A stretch of 64,000 nucleotides of DNA from Gammaproteobacteria bacterium (GCA_965207945.1 OZ242303.1:61199-125198); one strand, 5' to 3'. Shown: positions 27,103-37,598, numbered from the stretch's first letter. Notes: generated by a model from the letters alone, not told the origin. Made by a program: numbers and translations.

Positions 27103-29001
27103 TTACAAATCGGAATTAAAGAAACCCGAGTCAGGATTTAGTGCCCGCCAATTTACGCTATGCGAATCCATTACTTTCCGCAGAACATCAGAATTTGAAT
27201 CCTGTTCGTAAGCAGTTAACCAGATATACTTAGCTCTTTGAATCTTATTCTGACTCCATGACACCTCGCCAAGATGCGCGGCAATCTCAGCGTCTTGTTT
27301 TTGTCTGTATGCCCATTGCAGTAGGTCCTCTGCCTTTTGCAGTTCCCCTTTACGAAAATACCACCAACCCAAGCTATCAACATAAGCGGGGCTGATGGGG
27401 TTTGCTTCAATAGCATCATCTATTAATTTCTTTGCCTTATCAAGCTGGATATTTTTGTCGGTTAATGAATAGCCATAACTATTCTTTATCGCATGACTTT
27501 GACCGCTGACACTCATTGCCTTATCAAATTGCTTTTTCATTGCTGAAATCTGGTTTATTTCGTAATACATAAATGCGGATGACTGGATTAAATCCTCATC
27601 AAGCGGAATTCTATTATTAGCGGTTTTCATAATAGCTCCCGCCTCTTTAACATAGCCACGTTTGCCTAGTTCATTAGCATATCTGCCGGTAAGGAATACA
27701 TATTCTCGGCGGCTATAGCTAAGAACTTCTTCCAGCAACGACTCTCCAGCACTAAAGTCCTTAGTGTTTATAGAGTTTTTTAATCTAAGCCATAACGCAT
27801 TGTATGAAAAATCGGATGAGGTTGAGACCCTGCTTAGAAACTCTTCCGCGAGCACTTCATTTCTGCCTGCCAAAGCAACCATGCCCATCCTAAAAGATGA
27901 CTCATTTTTATCCGGTAAATTTTGCAGATAAGTTGCTGATTTACGAAATAAATCTTCCATGCCTTGTTTTTGCGCTCCCATAGTTAAAAAGAGTATAGTA
28001 TTTGTTTCTTTTGCTGGGATTAATTTTTTCTCTAACATTTGAATCAATATTTTTTCTGCTTTCTCTTCTTCTTGTTGATTAATCAAATATAAGGCATAGT
28101 AGATTTGCAACGGATAGGACTCAGGGTTTTCTCTTATGGATTTTACATAAAACGGTTCGCCATTGCTTCTTTTAGTTAAGTAATAAATACGCCCCTTGAG
28201 TTCTATAACCTGTTGCATCAAACGCACATTGTTGTTAGATTTATTAGAGTCAATAATTAGGTTTAGTAGCTGTAAGGACTTATCATGCTGTTCTTGGTAA
28301 AAAAGAAAATGAGCTAAACGATAATAGGCGATTTCTAACCCCGCGCGCAAGTTATTTTTTGCTTCGGGGTATATGTTCATATAGCGGATATATGTCCTAA
28401 TTAAATCTCTTGCCTGCTCTTCATCTAATAATTGGTAGAAGTTGGCGATGGGTCTGAAATCGCTAGTTCTTCCTTGTTCAATTCGCTGTGCCATTAACTC
28501 AAAGGCGAGTTTATAGTTGGAATTTGTAATTAGTTCTTTGATATAGCTGCTTTGGGCTGCCGATGATTGAGGGTCAATCTCATACCACAGCTTTGCAGTT
28601 TCCCTTGATATATCAGAATTGTATAAAAATACGGAAAGGTCATAAGCCCGTTGGGCAATTTCAGGGTCGTTATAGGTTTTAGCATATTTAAGCATTCCTT
28701 CAACGGACTCTGTTTTATCGGGGTTTCTTTGCGCGCTTATCTCCAGACGAAGAATTTCACCTAAATCAAAAGAAGGGGGTTCCTCCTCTATAATTCCTGG
28801 CGAGGCGCTTGCAGCCCCAAATCCTTTTATGCTTTTTCCTGCTTCTTCCACCCCCAAATCTACTCCGTAGCTACGGGTTTTACTTTTTTTGTGAACTCTA
28901 CTTTCTTCAAAGCCAGGAGTGGAAACCCGTGAAGAATTATTAATAGTGGCGCAGGAAAGTAATAGTAGAGATAAAACTATTAACGTAAATATTTTTATCA
29001 T
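27103..29001 (-). CDS. TPR-repeat lipoprotein (632 aa) in the LapB/YciM genomic position, but lacking a rubredoxin-like Cys domain.
   Basis: A lipoprotein signal (LLLSC) is followed by many TPR-like helical repeats. There are no C-terminal CxxC pairs. Confidence 0.55.
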   Translation of the reverse strand: MIKIFTLIVLSLLLLSCATINNSSRVSTPGFEESRVHKKSKTRSYGVDLGVEEAGKSIKGFGAASASPGIIEEEPPSFDLGEILRLEISAQRNPDKTESVEGMLKYAKTYNDPEIAQRAYDLSVFLYNSDISRETAKLWYEIDPQSSAAQSSYIKELITNSNYKLAFELMAQRIEQGRTSDFRPIANFYQLLDEEQARDLIRTYIRYMNIYPEAKNNLRAGLEIAYYRLAHFLFYQEQHDKSLQLLNLIIDSNKSNNNVRLMQQVIELKGRIYYLTKRSNGEPFYVKSIRENPESYPLQIYYALYLINQQEEEKAEKILIQMLEKKLIPAKETNTILFLTMGAQKQGMEDLFRKSATYLQNLPDKNESSFRMGMVALAGRNEVLAEEFLSRVSTSSDFSYNALWLRLKNSINTKDFSAGESLLEEVLSYSRREYVFLTGRYANELGKRGYVKEAGAIMKTANNRIPLDEDLIQSSAFMYYEINQISAMKKQFDKAMSVSGQSHAIKNSYGYSLTDKNIQLDKAKKLIDDAIEANPISPAYVDSLGWWYFRKGELQKAEDLLQWAYRQKQDAEIAAHLGEVSWSQNKIQRAKYIWLTAYEQDSNSDVLRKVMDSHSVNWRALNPDSGFFNSDL

Positions 29002-29273
29002 TTATCTGCCTGTTCTTTTATCAAGCTCTTACTTTTACTGTTTCTTTGTTTGGACTTTCCGATGATTGTTAGAGATGCTATAAACCCAAGGATAAAACCA
29101 CATAAAAGTAGCATAATGCTTAGCAGCCCTAAATTTATTTGAGGTATTTGTAAGAAGATTAAATCAAACTTTACAAGTTGTTGATTATGCAGAGCAAAGT
29201 ATATTCCTAAGAATATAAATAACAAGCAAATGATTAGCTTGGCTATAAATACAGGTCCTGATAAAAATTTCAT
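28998..29273 (-). CDS. lapA: LapA/YciS-like small inner-membrane protein (DUF1049).
   Basis: 91 aa with two transmembrane helices and the segment ALHNQQLVKFDLIFLQ between them, analogous to the LapA AQNDQQVTFNYLL segment. It lies immediately downstream of rpsA. Confidence 0.55.
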   Translation of the reverse strand: MKFLSGPVFIAKLIICLLFIFLGIYFALHNQQLVKFDLIFLQIPQINLGLLSIMLLLCGFILGFIASLTIIGKSKQRNSKSKSLIKEQADK

Positions 29274-29348
29274 TTCAAACCTAACTGGAATATTTTAAAG
29301 GTTGTTAATAAATGCTGCTTACTCCAACAAGTAAACCCCAAAAGTAAA

Positions 29349-29372
29349 AACTGTTATGAGACGTCATAAAAT
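29349..29372 (-). terminator. Weak candidate intrinsic terminator downstream of rpsA.
   Basis: An imperfect 9-bp inverted repeat (agacgccat/atgacgtct on the transcribed strand, one mismatch) is followed by a T-rich tract (gtttttactttt). Confidence 0.2.
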
Positions 29373-29387
29373 AATGGCGTCTGTCAT

Positions 29388-31394
29388 TTAGCTGTCGCTG
29401 TCTTTAGCCGCGTCTTCTTTTACTTTTACTTCTTTGCTGTCTTCTGTAGATTCCCCAGATTCTTCTGTTTCTGTAGATTCTTCAGTTGCGAGCTTCTCTT
29501 CGGCTTCTTCCTGCTCTGGGCTGTCTTTATTTTCTTCGGCTTCGTCAGCTACTTCTTCAGATTTCTTATCTTCGGTCTCTTGTGCTTCCTCACCTTCTGC
29601 ATTTGCTGTTGCTTCTACGGGCTCTTCTTGTGTAGTCGTTTCTTCAGTGGCGTCCTTGTCCGAAGTTTCTTTTGCTTCTTTTGCTTCTTTTGCTTCCTCG
29701 CCTTCGCCTTCTTCTCCTTCGGTATCTTGTTTATCTTTCAGATTCAATATATCTCCCAATGTTGAAAAGAAACCGCCTTTCTTCTTCTGTTGATGATCCA
29801 GCGCAACTTGGTCTTGTTGCTCATTTACTGCTCTCAACGAAAGAAAGATTTGTCTTTTCTTAGTGTCCACTCTCCATATCAAAGCAGTTAGTTCTTCACC
29901 CACTTTGACTAAATCTGCAGGTTCTTTCATTTTGTCAATGCCCAACTCAGAAGCATTTATTATGCCATCCAAATCGTCATTTATTTTAACTATAACTTTC
30001 CTGCCGTCCACGGACTTGACTATGCATTTAACTTCGGTTTTCTTAACAGGATTCCTCTTAATAAAATCCATAAAGTTATTTGGCTTGGTCTTCTTAATGC
30101 TAAGAGAAATCTTTTCTTTAGGAACATCTATTACAGTTATCACAGCTTTAACCATATCATTTTTGGAATATAGTTTTAATGCTTCTTCGGCTGGGATTTC
30201 CCAATCAATATTGTTAGCATGAATAAAACCGTCTAAATATTCATTAAGTTCCACAAACATTCCAAACTCTTTTATGTCTTTAATCCTGGATTCTACAATA
30301 TCACCTGCTGAATTGAGTTGCGCATATTCATCCCAAGGATTATTAAAGCATTGTTTATAGCCCAATGATATGCGGCGATTTTGAATATCTATGGAGAGGA
30401 TTTTAATGTTTACTGTATCGCCAACCTTAACATAGTTTGCGGGGCGGGGCGATTTATTTACCCAGTCAATCTCAGAAATATGAACCAATCCCACTATACC
30501 AGGAGCAAGCTCAACAAAGAAGCCGTATTTATCAATCTTAGTTACTAAGCCACTAACTTCTTGACCTTCCTCAATCTTACCTTCAAGCTCATCCCAAGGG
30601 TTATTTTGCATCTCGCGTAAACTAAGTGATAAGCGGTTCTTTTCTCTATTATAATTAATGACCTTAAATTCATACTCTTCCCCGACTTTTAGCACCTCAC
30701 TGGGGTGTTGAATTCTTTGCCACATAATATCGGCTATGTATACCAGCCCTTCGCCTTTGCCGAGATCTATAAAAGCACCGAAATCCATAATCTTCTTAAC
30801 TCTGCCCCTGACAGTTCCAGCTTCCATTAGTGATTCAAAGAATATTTGTTTATCTGAATCGCTTTTTTCATCGCTTAGTGATTTGTGCGAAAGCACTACA
30901 TTAAACCTAGACCTGCTTATCTTGACTATTTTGAAATTTGTTTCGGTATTTTCCCATGCGGCTGGATTAACTCCTTCGCCTATTTCAATTAATGAGCCGG
31001 GTAAGAACCCTTTAATTCCATCTATGAATACGCTAAAACCACCGCGCACTCTATTCTTAATTAATCCTTTAACTGTTTCGCCCTTTTTATATGACGCTTC
31101 AAGTTCCGTCCATCTGCGCCAGAACTTGGCTTTCCCATAAGAAACCTGTGTTCTTCCCAACCCGTTTTCAACGGATTCAAGCATCAGTTCAATTTCATCC
31201 CCTACGTGGACATCGGAATTTCCTTCGGTATCATTAAATTGCTCAAGTGGCAATATACTCTCAGTTTTAAGATGGGTATCTACTATAACCCAATTTTTTT
31301 GGACATCAATAATATTCCCTTTAATTAGGGCACCTGGCTTCATACTGGAAACCTTTAAGTCCTGTTCTACAATAGTAGCAAAATCAATTTTCAT
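29388..31394 (-). CDS. rpsA: 30S ribosomal protein S1 with a ~110-aa acidic C-terminal extension.
   Basis: Six S1 domains are present (…GFFVELAPGIVGLVHISEI…). The C-terminus is a Glu/Asp/Thr/Lys-rich low-complexity tail (EGEEGEGEEAKEAKEAKE…EEAEEKLATEESTETEE). 668 aa against ~557 aa in E. coli. Confidence 0.95.
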   Translation of the reverse strand: MKIDFATIVEQDLKVSSMKPGALIKGNIIDVQKNWVIVDTHLKTESILPLEQFNDTEGNSDVHVGDEIELMLESVENGLGRTQVSYGKAKFWRRWTELEASYKKGETVKGLIKNRVRGGFSVFIDGIKGFLPGSLIEIGEGVNPAAWENTETNFKIVKISRSRFNVVLSHKSLSDEKSDSDKQIFFESLMEAGTVRGRVKKIMDFGAFIDLGKGEGLVYIADIMWQRIQHPSEVLKVGEEYEFKVINYNREKNRLSLSLREMQNNPWDELEGKIEEGQEVSGLVTKIDKYGFFVELAPGIVGLVHISEIDWVNKSPRPANYVKVGDTVNIKILSIDIQNRRISLGYKQCFNNPWDEYAQLNSAGDIVESRIKDIKEFGMFVELNEYLDGFIHANNIDWEIPAEEALKLYSKNDMVKAVITVIDVPKEKISLSIKKTKPNNFMDFIKRNPVKKTEVKCIVKSVDGRKVIVKINDDLDGIINASELGIDKMKEPADLVKVGEELTALIWRVDTKKRQIFLSLRAVNEQQDQVALDHQQKKKGGFFSTLGDILNLKDKQDTEGEEGEGEEAKEAKEAKETSDKDATEETTTQEEPVEATANAEGEEAQETEDKKSEEVADEAEENKDSPEQEEAEEKLATEESTETEESGESTEDSKEVKVKEDAAKDSDS

Positions 31395-31403
31395 AAATAT
31401 TAA

Positions 31404-32081
31404 TTATAATGTATTAAATCTCTCTTTAGTCATTTTCATAATTTTTTCAACTGTTTGGTCAATAGTTAAATCTGTTGAATCCACAACAACGGCATCTTCT
31501 GCTTGTTTCAAAGGGGCGGTTGCACGATTGCGATCGGACTCGTCTCTTTTTTTGATAGCGTCAAAGATGTCGTCCATTTTAGCATATTTATCACCTAAAT
31601 TTTGAAATTGTTTTAATCTTCTAATTGCACGCTGTTCAAGTGAGGCAAATAGGTATATTTTAAGCCCTGCTTCAGGGAAAATAACGGTTCCCATGTCTCG
31701 TCCTTCAGCCACTAACCCTGGATGCTTGATAAAAGAACGTTGATATGGCATTAGTTTTTGGCGCAATTCAGGATAAATCGCTATTTGGGACGCTATTTCG
31801 CTGGTATTATCGCTGCTTATTTCTTCATCCACGCACTTACCACTTATATAAGTGTGTAATTGGCCATTTTCCACGATAAACTCTAGATTAAGCTGAGCTA
31901 TTAGCTTAATTACCTCGTCCCGATTCCGACTTTCAATGTTTTTTTGCTTTGCTTGCACAGCGATAGCGCGGTAAATATTCCCACTTGGCAGGATATGCCA
32001 TTTAATCTGTTGCGCTACTTGCAGTGCAACAGTTCCCTTGCCAGAAGCGCTGGGACCATCTATGGCGATAATATTATCCAC
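31404..32081 (-). CDS. cmk: Cytidylate kinase.
   Basis: IAIDGPSASGKGTV P-loop; 225 aa; sits upstream of rpsA as in other gammaproteobacteria. Confidence 0.9.
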   Translation of the reverse strand: MDNIIAIDGPSASGKGTVALQVAQQIKWHILPSGNIYRAIAVQAKQKNIESRNRDEVIKLIAQLNLEFIVENGQLHTYISGKCVDEEISSDNTSEIASQIAIYPELRQKLMPYQRSFIKHPGLVAEGRDMGTVIFPEAGLKIYLFASLEQRAIRRLKQFQNLGDKYAKMDDIFDAIKKRDESDRNRATAPLKQAEDAVVVDSTDLTIDQTVEKIMKMTKERFNTL

Positions 32082-34329
32082 TTTTTGTTATGATTTCCAT
32101 GCCTAAAGATGAAGCACATTCCCTAAAATCGGGAAATGAGGTAGCCACATTGGCGCATCTTTGCACGTGGATGGGCTTTTCTGCAGCGCAAGCAGCTACT
32201 GTAAATGACATAGCAATACGATGGTCTTGATACGAGTCCACAATCCCGCCCTTAACACCTTTTCCTCCTTCAATGACAGCGCCATCTTTGGTGGCTTTGA
32301 CTTTCACACCTATGCGGGTTAATCCATCAACCATTGCGGCTATTCTATCCGTTTCCTTCACTCTTAATTCTTCTGCTCCACTTATGCGAGTGGTTCCTTT
32401 AGCATAAGCTGCCGCCACCATAATAATTGGCATTTCATCTATTGCCAGAGGCACAAGTTCAGGGGCGATGGTTATGCCGCTAAGTTCGCTGCTGGTAACT
32501 GCAATATCAGCCACTGGTTCGTTGCCAAATTGTCTTTTATTTTGCAACTCTATATTTGCTCCCATCTGATTAAGGATAGTGATAATTCCAATGCGGGTTG
32601 GATTTACGCTTACATCTTTTAGTAATATGGAGGAATTAGGGGTGATTAAGGTGGCAACTATGAAAAATGCTGCAGAAGAAATGTCTGCGGGCACATTTAT
32701 TGATGCAGCGTTAAGCCGTCCACGCCCTTTAACCGATACGGTGCCGTCTTTGGTGCGAGCAACCCTGTAGCCAAAGTTCTTGAGCATTCTTTCGGTATGG
32801 TCGCGGGTTGGCGCTATTTCTTTGATTAGAGTTTCCCCGTCTGTATATAGAGAAGCGAGTATAAGCGCGGATTTTATCTGGGCGCTAGCCACAGGCATAT
32901 CATAATCAATAGGGCGCAGGGTGCGATTGCCAATAATCAACAAAGGCAAGCGATGGTTATTACTGGCATAGATGCGCGCTCCCATCTGACTTAGCGGGGT
33001 TATCACTCTATCCATTGGACGTGAACTTAGGGATATATCACCACGTATCTGGCTGGAAAAACTCTGACCACTCAACAATCCGCATAATAAACGGGCGGCA
33101 GTTCCTGAATTGCCGCAATCTAAGAAGTTGTCTGGTTTACGCAAGCCCTGCAGTCCTACGCCCTTTATTTTTATACTTTTTTTGCTCCGGTCCATAGTTA
33201 TGCTTACCCCCATAGCCCGAAAAATATTAATCGTGTTTAAGGTATCTTCTGCTGGCAGAAAATTATTTACCGAACTTATTCCTTCGGCAATTGAGCCGAT
33301 TATAATTGACCTGTGTGAAATAGATTTATCTGCGGCGGTCTTAATTTCTCCAGTTAACTGTGAGCAGGGGTAAGATACATAGTCAAATTCACTACTGAAT
33401 TCAATACTAGAGTCGTCTGTTGACTTCTTATGTTTTGTGGATGATTCTTTGGATTTACTTTCTTCAAAGCGTTGCCGTCCATGGCGCGCTCTTTTTATTC
33501 TGGCAATTAGCTGCTCTTCATTGCTTTCCTGTAGGTCGCCCCGCATCTGAGCGAGAAACTTTTGAAACCGCGTTATGGCTTTGAGTAAATTACCGCGATT
33601 AACCGCAAAGACATCCGCCCACATTCTTTCATCACTTGCAGCTATGCGAGTGAAGTCGCGAAATCCTCCTGCCGCATAGTTAAAAAAATCTTCAGCGTTA
33701 GGATCTTGTGACAGTGATTCAACCAAAGTATAAGAAAGAAGGTGCGGTAAATGACTGGTATAAGAAAAAATCTTGTCATGCAGTTTTATATCCATATAGG
33801 AAACATCACTGCCTATTGCTTGCCAAAAAGCAGCGATGCGCGCCACGGACTCTGGTAAATTATTATCCAAAGGAGTAATGATGCATTTGTGATTTTTGTA
33901 TAGTTCAGTGCTGGCATTTTTCAGCCCATTCTTTTCTATTCCTGCTATCGGATGACTGGGGACAAAATTACTAAGAGATGACTTACCTTTAAGGTGGGCT
34001 TGTATCATACGATGTAGATGGCCTTTAGCGCTGCCTATTTCTGTTATCAGAGATTTAGGTGACGCGGCGGTGCAATCTATCAGCACTTGCTCGGTTGCCT
34101 TCAGAGGGACGGCAATTATAATTAAATCATTTTCATCTTGCGCCAGTGCAGCTGCCTCACTCATTGTCGGCACTGCTTTATTTATTATCTTTCTTTTAAC
34201 CGCTTCTTCTAACGCTTGCTCATCGCAATCATAAGCGATTACTTGTTTTGCCAAGTTGTTTTTTTTGATTGCCAGGGATAAGGAACCCCCCATAAGCCCT
34301 AAGCCAGCAATGATGATGTTATTGAACAC
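32074..34329 (-). CDS. Bifunctional prephenate dehydrogenase / 3-phosphoshikimate 1-carboxyvinyltransferase (TyrA-AroA fusion).
   Basis: The N-terminus has an NAD-binding IAGLGLMGGS TyrA domain. The C-terminal half is an EPSP synthase (LDCGNSGTAARLL, …ELRVKETDRIAAM…DHRIAMSF). Confidence 0.9.
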   Translation of the reverse strand: MFNNIIIAGLGLMGGSLSLAIKKNNLAKQVIAYDCDEQALEEAVKRKIINKAVPTMSEAAALAQDENDLIIIAVPLKATEQVLIDCTAASPKSLITEIGSAKGHLHRMIQAHLKGKSSLSNFVPSHPIAGIEKNGLKNASTELYKNHKCIITPLDNNLPESVARIAAFWQAIGSDVSYMDIKLHDKIFSYTSHLPHLLSYTLVESLSQDPNAEDFFNYAAGGFRDFTRIAASDERMWADVFAVNRGNLLKAITRFQKFLAQMRGDLQESNEEQLIARIKRARHGRQRFEESKSKESSTKHKKSTDDSSIEFSSEFDYVSYPCSQLTGEIKTAADKSISHRSIIIGSIAEGISSVNNFLPAEDTLNTINIFRAMGVSITMDRSKKSIKIKGVGLQGLRKPDNFLDCGNSGTAARLLCGLLSGQSFSSQIRGDISLSSRPMDRVITPLSQMGARIYASNNHRLPLLIIGNRTLRPIDYDMPVASAQIKSALILASLYTDGETLIKEIAPTRDHTERMLKNFGYRVARTKDGTVSVKGRGRLNAASINVPADISSAAFFIVATLITPNSSILLKDVSVNPTRIGIITILNQMGANIELQNKRQFGNEPVADIAVTSSELSGITIAPELVPLAIDEMPIIMVAAAYAKGTTRISGAEELRVKETDRIAAMVDGLTRIGVKVKATKDGAVIEGGKGVKGGIVDSYQDHRIAMSFTVAACAAEKPIHVQRCANVATSFPDFRECASSLGMEIITKSG

Positions 34330-34340
34330 TTATACGCCGC

Positions 34341-35438
34341 TTAGATGCTGCGAGGATAGGAACCCAGAATCTTGATGAAACTGCTTTGGGATTTTAATCT
34401 ATCAATTGCTTTTTTAACTGCCGCATCTTCCAAGTGACCGCGGCAATCTATGAAAAAATTATACTGCCAGTCGCCCATACGGGTGGGGTGGGATTCAAGC
34501 AAAGTTAAATCAACATCCTCTTTATAAAAGCACTCTAACAATTTGTATAAGCTGCCTGGCTGATTTTTTGCCCCAACTACTATAGAGGTTTTATCATCGC
34601 CGCTTGCTTTGGTCTCTTGGTCGCCTATCACAAAAAAGCGTGTGGTGTTATCTGGCTGGTCTTCAATATTCTTTGCCATTAATTTTAATCCGTAAAGGTT
34701 GGCATTCAACTCTCCAGCTATAGCTGCAGAGTTTGGGGTTTGCAGGGTTTGTTGCGCCGCCCGCGCATTGCTGTTTTCTACCCGAATTTCTATATTAGGC
34801 AGATATTCGGCAAGCCATAATCTACACTGGGCAATTGATTGCTGATGAGAGAACACTAAAGAAATATCTTTTAGTGATTCCGCCCAAGGATGCCCCAATA
34901 GGCAATGATGTATTGCCATCTTTACTTCCCCCACTATCTTTAACCCCGAATCAACCAACACATCCATGGTGTTTGACACCATCCCTTCAGATGAATTCTC
35001 TATTGGGACTACGCCATAGAAAGAGTTCTTTGCCTCCACTTCGCGAAATACTTCAGGGATGGAATGGACTGGCATCAGCTCAGAGTTTTTGCCAAAATAT
35101 TTGATTGCTGCTTGTTGGGTATAGGTGCCTTCAGGTCCTAAGTATGCTACCTTAGTTAATGATTCGGCATTAAGACAAAGAGAAATTATCTCTCTAAAAA
35201 TATTGAGTAGCTGCTCCTTTGATAGAGCATTTGACGCATTTTTATTTTTCTCCGCAAATTGTTGCACCCGCCGCAGAACTTCGGCTTGTCTTTCAGGCCT
35301 TAGAAAAACAGGGTTATCGCTCTTTTCTTTATGTTGCCCTATGGTATGGGCATGGTCTACACGCTTATTGATGAGGTCAAGTAAACTATCATCAATTGCA
35401 TCTATTTGGGCGCGGAGTTTTTCAAGTTCTTTCGTCAT
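34341..35438 (-). CDS. pheA: Chorismate mutase / prephenate dehydratase (P-protein).
   Basis: An N-terminal CM_2 helix (LEKLRAQIDAIDDSLLDLINKR) is followed by a prephenate dehydratase domain (TRF motif, ESRP-like motif ESHP) and a C-terminal ACT domain. Confidence 0.9.
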   Translation of the reverse strand: MTKELEKLRAQIDAIDDSLLDLINKRVDHAHTIGQHKEKSDNPVFLRPERQAEVLRRVQQFAEKNKNASNALSKEQLLNIFREIISLCLNAESLTKVAYLGPEGTYTQQAAIKYFGKNSELMPVHSIPEVFREVEAKNSFYGVVPIENSSEGMVSNTMDVLVDSGLKIVGEVKMAIHHCLLGHPWAESLKDISLVFSHQQSIAQCRLWLAEYLPNIEIRVENSNARAAQQTLQTPNSAAIAGELNANLYGLKLMAKNIEDQPDNTTRFFVIGDQETKASGDDKTSIVVGAKNQPGSLYKLLECFYKEDVDLTLLESHPTRMGDWQYNFFIDCRGHLEDAAVKKAIDRLKSQSSFIKILGSYPRSI

Positions 35439-35518
35439 TTATCCGCAATTAGAAATTGTTGAAATTCTTGAGGTTGCTAGAATTATTGAGGTTGCTAGAA
35501 TTGCTAGAATTATTGGAA

Positions 35519-36256
35519 TTATTGAGTAACGTCTTTCCAGTATTCTCGTTTTACAAAGTAGGTAAGTACAATTAATAAAAGCAAAAACAGCATAACCTTC
35601 CAGCCCAATTTAACCCGCTGAATTTTTGCTGGTTCGCTGAGATAATCCATAAAGTTAACCAGGTCGGTCATTGCATTATGAAACTCCTTTTTATTCATAG
35701 AACCAGGTGTAGCAATCTCTAACCCCACTAATTTTTGCTCGCCATGGCTATCCTTATATACTGGGTCTTGTATTCCTTGCATGGAAACTAACACATTGCT
35801 CATAGCAGTCCCAGGGAAAATGACATTGTTGTAACCAGTGGATGAATCCCCATCCCGATAGAAACCTTTTAAGTAAGAAAGCATCCAGTTAAGTCCGCGA
35901 ACCTTAGCGCGCAGAGTTAAATCTGGAGGGACAACTGCATAAGCAGCCAGTGCCGCCTCTTCGCTAAGAGGGCTAATAATTGGTTCGTATATGCCGCCGC
36001 GCACCAACATATTCTCGCGCAGCTCATCATTGTTCCATTTTAAGTCCTCCCCTATGCGACTATATCTCATATACTGAGCGGAATGACAAGCAACACAATT
36101 TTGCGCAAATGTTTTGGCGCCTCTTCTTAATGACTCAATGTCTGTAATCTTAGTATATGCCTTATCTAATCTATAGCTGGATTCGGCTGCGGACGCAATG
36201 TTGATACTGCCTATCAGAACAACAGCGGTAAGGAAAAAAATATTGAAAATTTTCAT
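35519..36256 (-). CDS. petC: Cytochrome c1 of the ubiquinol-cytochrome c reductase complex.
   Basis: A signal peptide, a CVACHS haem-binding motif and a C-terminal transmembrane anchor. Confidence 0.85.
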   Translation of the reverse strand: MKIFNIFFLTAVVLIGSINIASAAESSYRLDKAYTKITDIESLRRGAKTFAQNCVACHSAQYMRYSRIGEDLKWNNDELRENMLVRGGIYEPIISPLSEEAALAAYAVVPPDLTLRAKVRGLNWMLSYLKGFYRDGDSSTGYNNVIFPGTAMSNVLVSMQGIQDPVYKDSHGEQKLVGLEIATPGSMNKKEFHNAMTDLVNFMDYLSEPAKIQRVKLGWKVMLFLLLLIVLTYFVKREYWKDVTQ

Positions 36257-37572
36257 TAGGTTAATCTAGTTGGGACCGGCTTAGTTTTCTCAAGCCGCGA
36301 ATATATGGGCATAGTAAAAAAGTACGCAAAGTATACTAAGGTTAAAACCTGAGCTATGTTTGTGTATAAAGAAGAGATGGGCAAAGTGCCAAGAATACCA
36401 AGCCCGATAAAACTTACAACAAATGCGGCTAAAAATATTTTACTAATCGGACCTTTATATCTTATAGATTTTACTGGCGACCTATCAAGCCAGGGCAGGA
36501 AAAACCACACTAATATAGCGCTAAACATTACTAAAGTTGCGGGGAACTGACTGCCTGCTATGCTTGGAACCGCTCTTAGCATGGCATAAAAAGGAGTGAA
36601 ATACCACACGGGGGCAATATGCGCCGGGGTCTTTAGTGGATTTGCTTCTTCATAATTAGGCGGCTCAATAAAGTATCCGCCACCAGTGGGCTGATAAAAG
36701 ATAATAAATGAGAAGATAAATAAGAAAATCATTGCCACAAATATATCCTTAACCGTCATATATGGATGAAAGGGCACGCCGTCTATAGGTATTCCTTGGC
36801 TGTTCTTATGTTCTTTAATTTCTATGCCATCGGGGCTATTGGAGCCGACATGGCGCAGAGCCATCATGTGCAACACCACAAACATTAATAACAGCAGGGG
36901 CATTAATATTACATGATAGGCAAAAAATCTGTTGAGAGTTACATCGGAAATCACAAAGTCGCCGCGTACCCACTCTGCCAATGAAGTGCCGATATAAGGA
37001 ACGGAGGCGAATAAATTGACAATTACCTGACCGCCCCATAAAGACATTTGTCCCCAAGGCAATAGGTAGCCAAAGAATGCTTCCGCCATAAGAATTAGAT
37101 ATATGCACATCCCCACAATCCACAATAATTCGCGTGGTTTGCGGTATGAACCGTAAAGGATACCGCGAAACATGTGTAGATATACCACGATGAAGAAGGC
37201 GGAGGCGCCTGTTGAATGCATATAGCGAATTAGCCAGCCATAATCTACATCACGCATTATACTTTCTACTGAGGCGAATGCTTTGGCAGCATCTGGTTTG
37301 TAACTCATAGTTAGGAATATCCCGCTGCCTATCTGAATTACCATCACCAATAAAGCTAAACTGCCCATGAAATACCAAAAATTGAAGTTCTTGGGAGCAT
37401 AGTAGCTCAGCAGTTGCTTTTCTATAAAATCAGTTACGGGTAGACGATCGTCTATCCATTTCATTGCCCCACCTTTATTAGTGCTTTTAGTATTAGTGTT
37501 TTTAGCGCTTTGTGTGTTTTGCTTTTCTTCGCTGTTTGCGTTGTTTACGTTGTCTCTATTGTCTGTTTCCAT
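36256..37572 (-). CDS. petB: Cytochrome b of the bc1 complex.
   Basis: 438 aa polytopic protein with conserved haem-ligand His pairs in helices B and D and a PEWY-like region (PVWYF). Confidence 0.9.
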   Translation of the reverse strand: METDNRDNVNNANSEEKQNTQSAKNTNTKSTNKGGAMKWIDDRLPVTDFIEKQLLSYYAPKNFNFWYFMGSLALLVMVIQIGSGIFLTMSYKPDAAKAFASVESIMRDVDYGWLIRYMHSTGASAFFIVVYLHMFRGILYGSYRKPRELLWIVGMCIYLILMAEAFFGYLLPWGQMSLWGGQVIVNLFASVPYIGTSLAEWVRGDFVISDVTLNRFFAYHVILMPLLLLMFVVLHMMALRHVGSNSPDGIEIKEHKNSQGIPIDGVPFHPYMTVKDIFVAMIFLFIFSFIIFYQPTGGGYFIEPPNYEEANPLKTPAHIAPVWYFTPFYAMLRAVPSIAGSQFPATLVMFSAILVWFFLPWLDRSPVKSIRYKGPISKIFLAAFVVSFIGLGILGTLPISSLYTNIAQVLTLVYFAYFFTMPIYSRLEKTKPVPTRLT

Positions 37573-37598
37573 TTTGAATAACCAAATAAATAAATATT

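Noticed and set aside
29434-30222. Several plus-strand ORFs (Ser-rich and Leu-rich) within rpsA.
   Set aside because: They are antisense readings of the rpsA acidic-tail repeats and S1 domains. rpsA on the minus strand is unambiguous.
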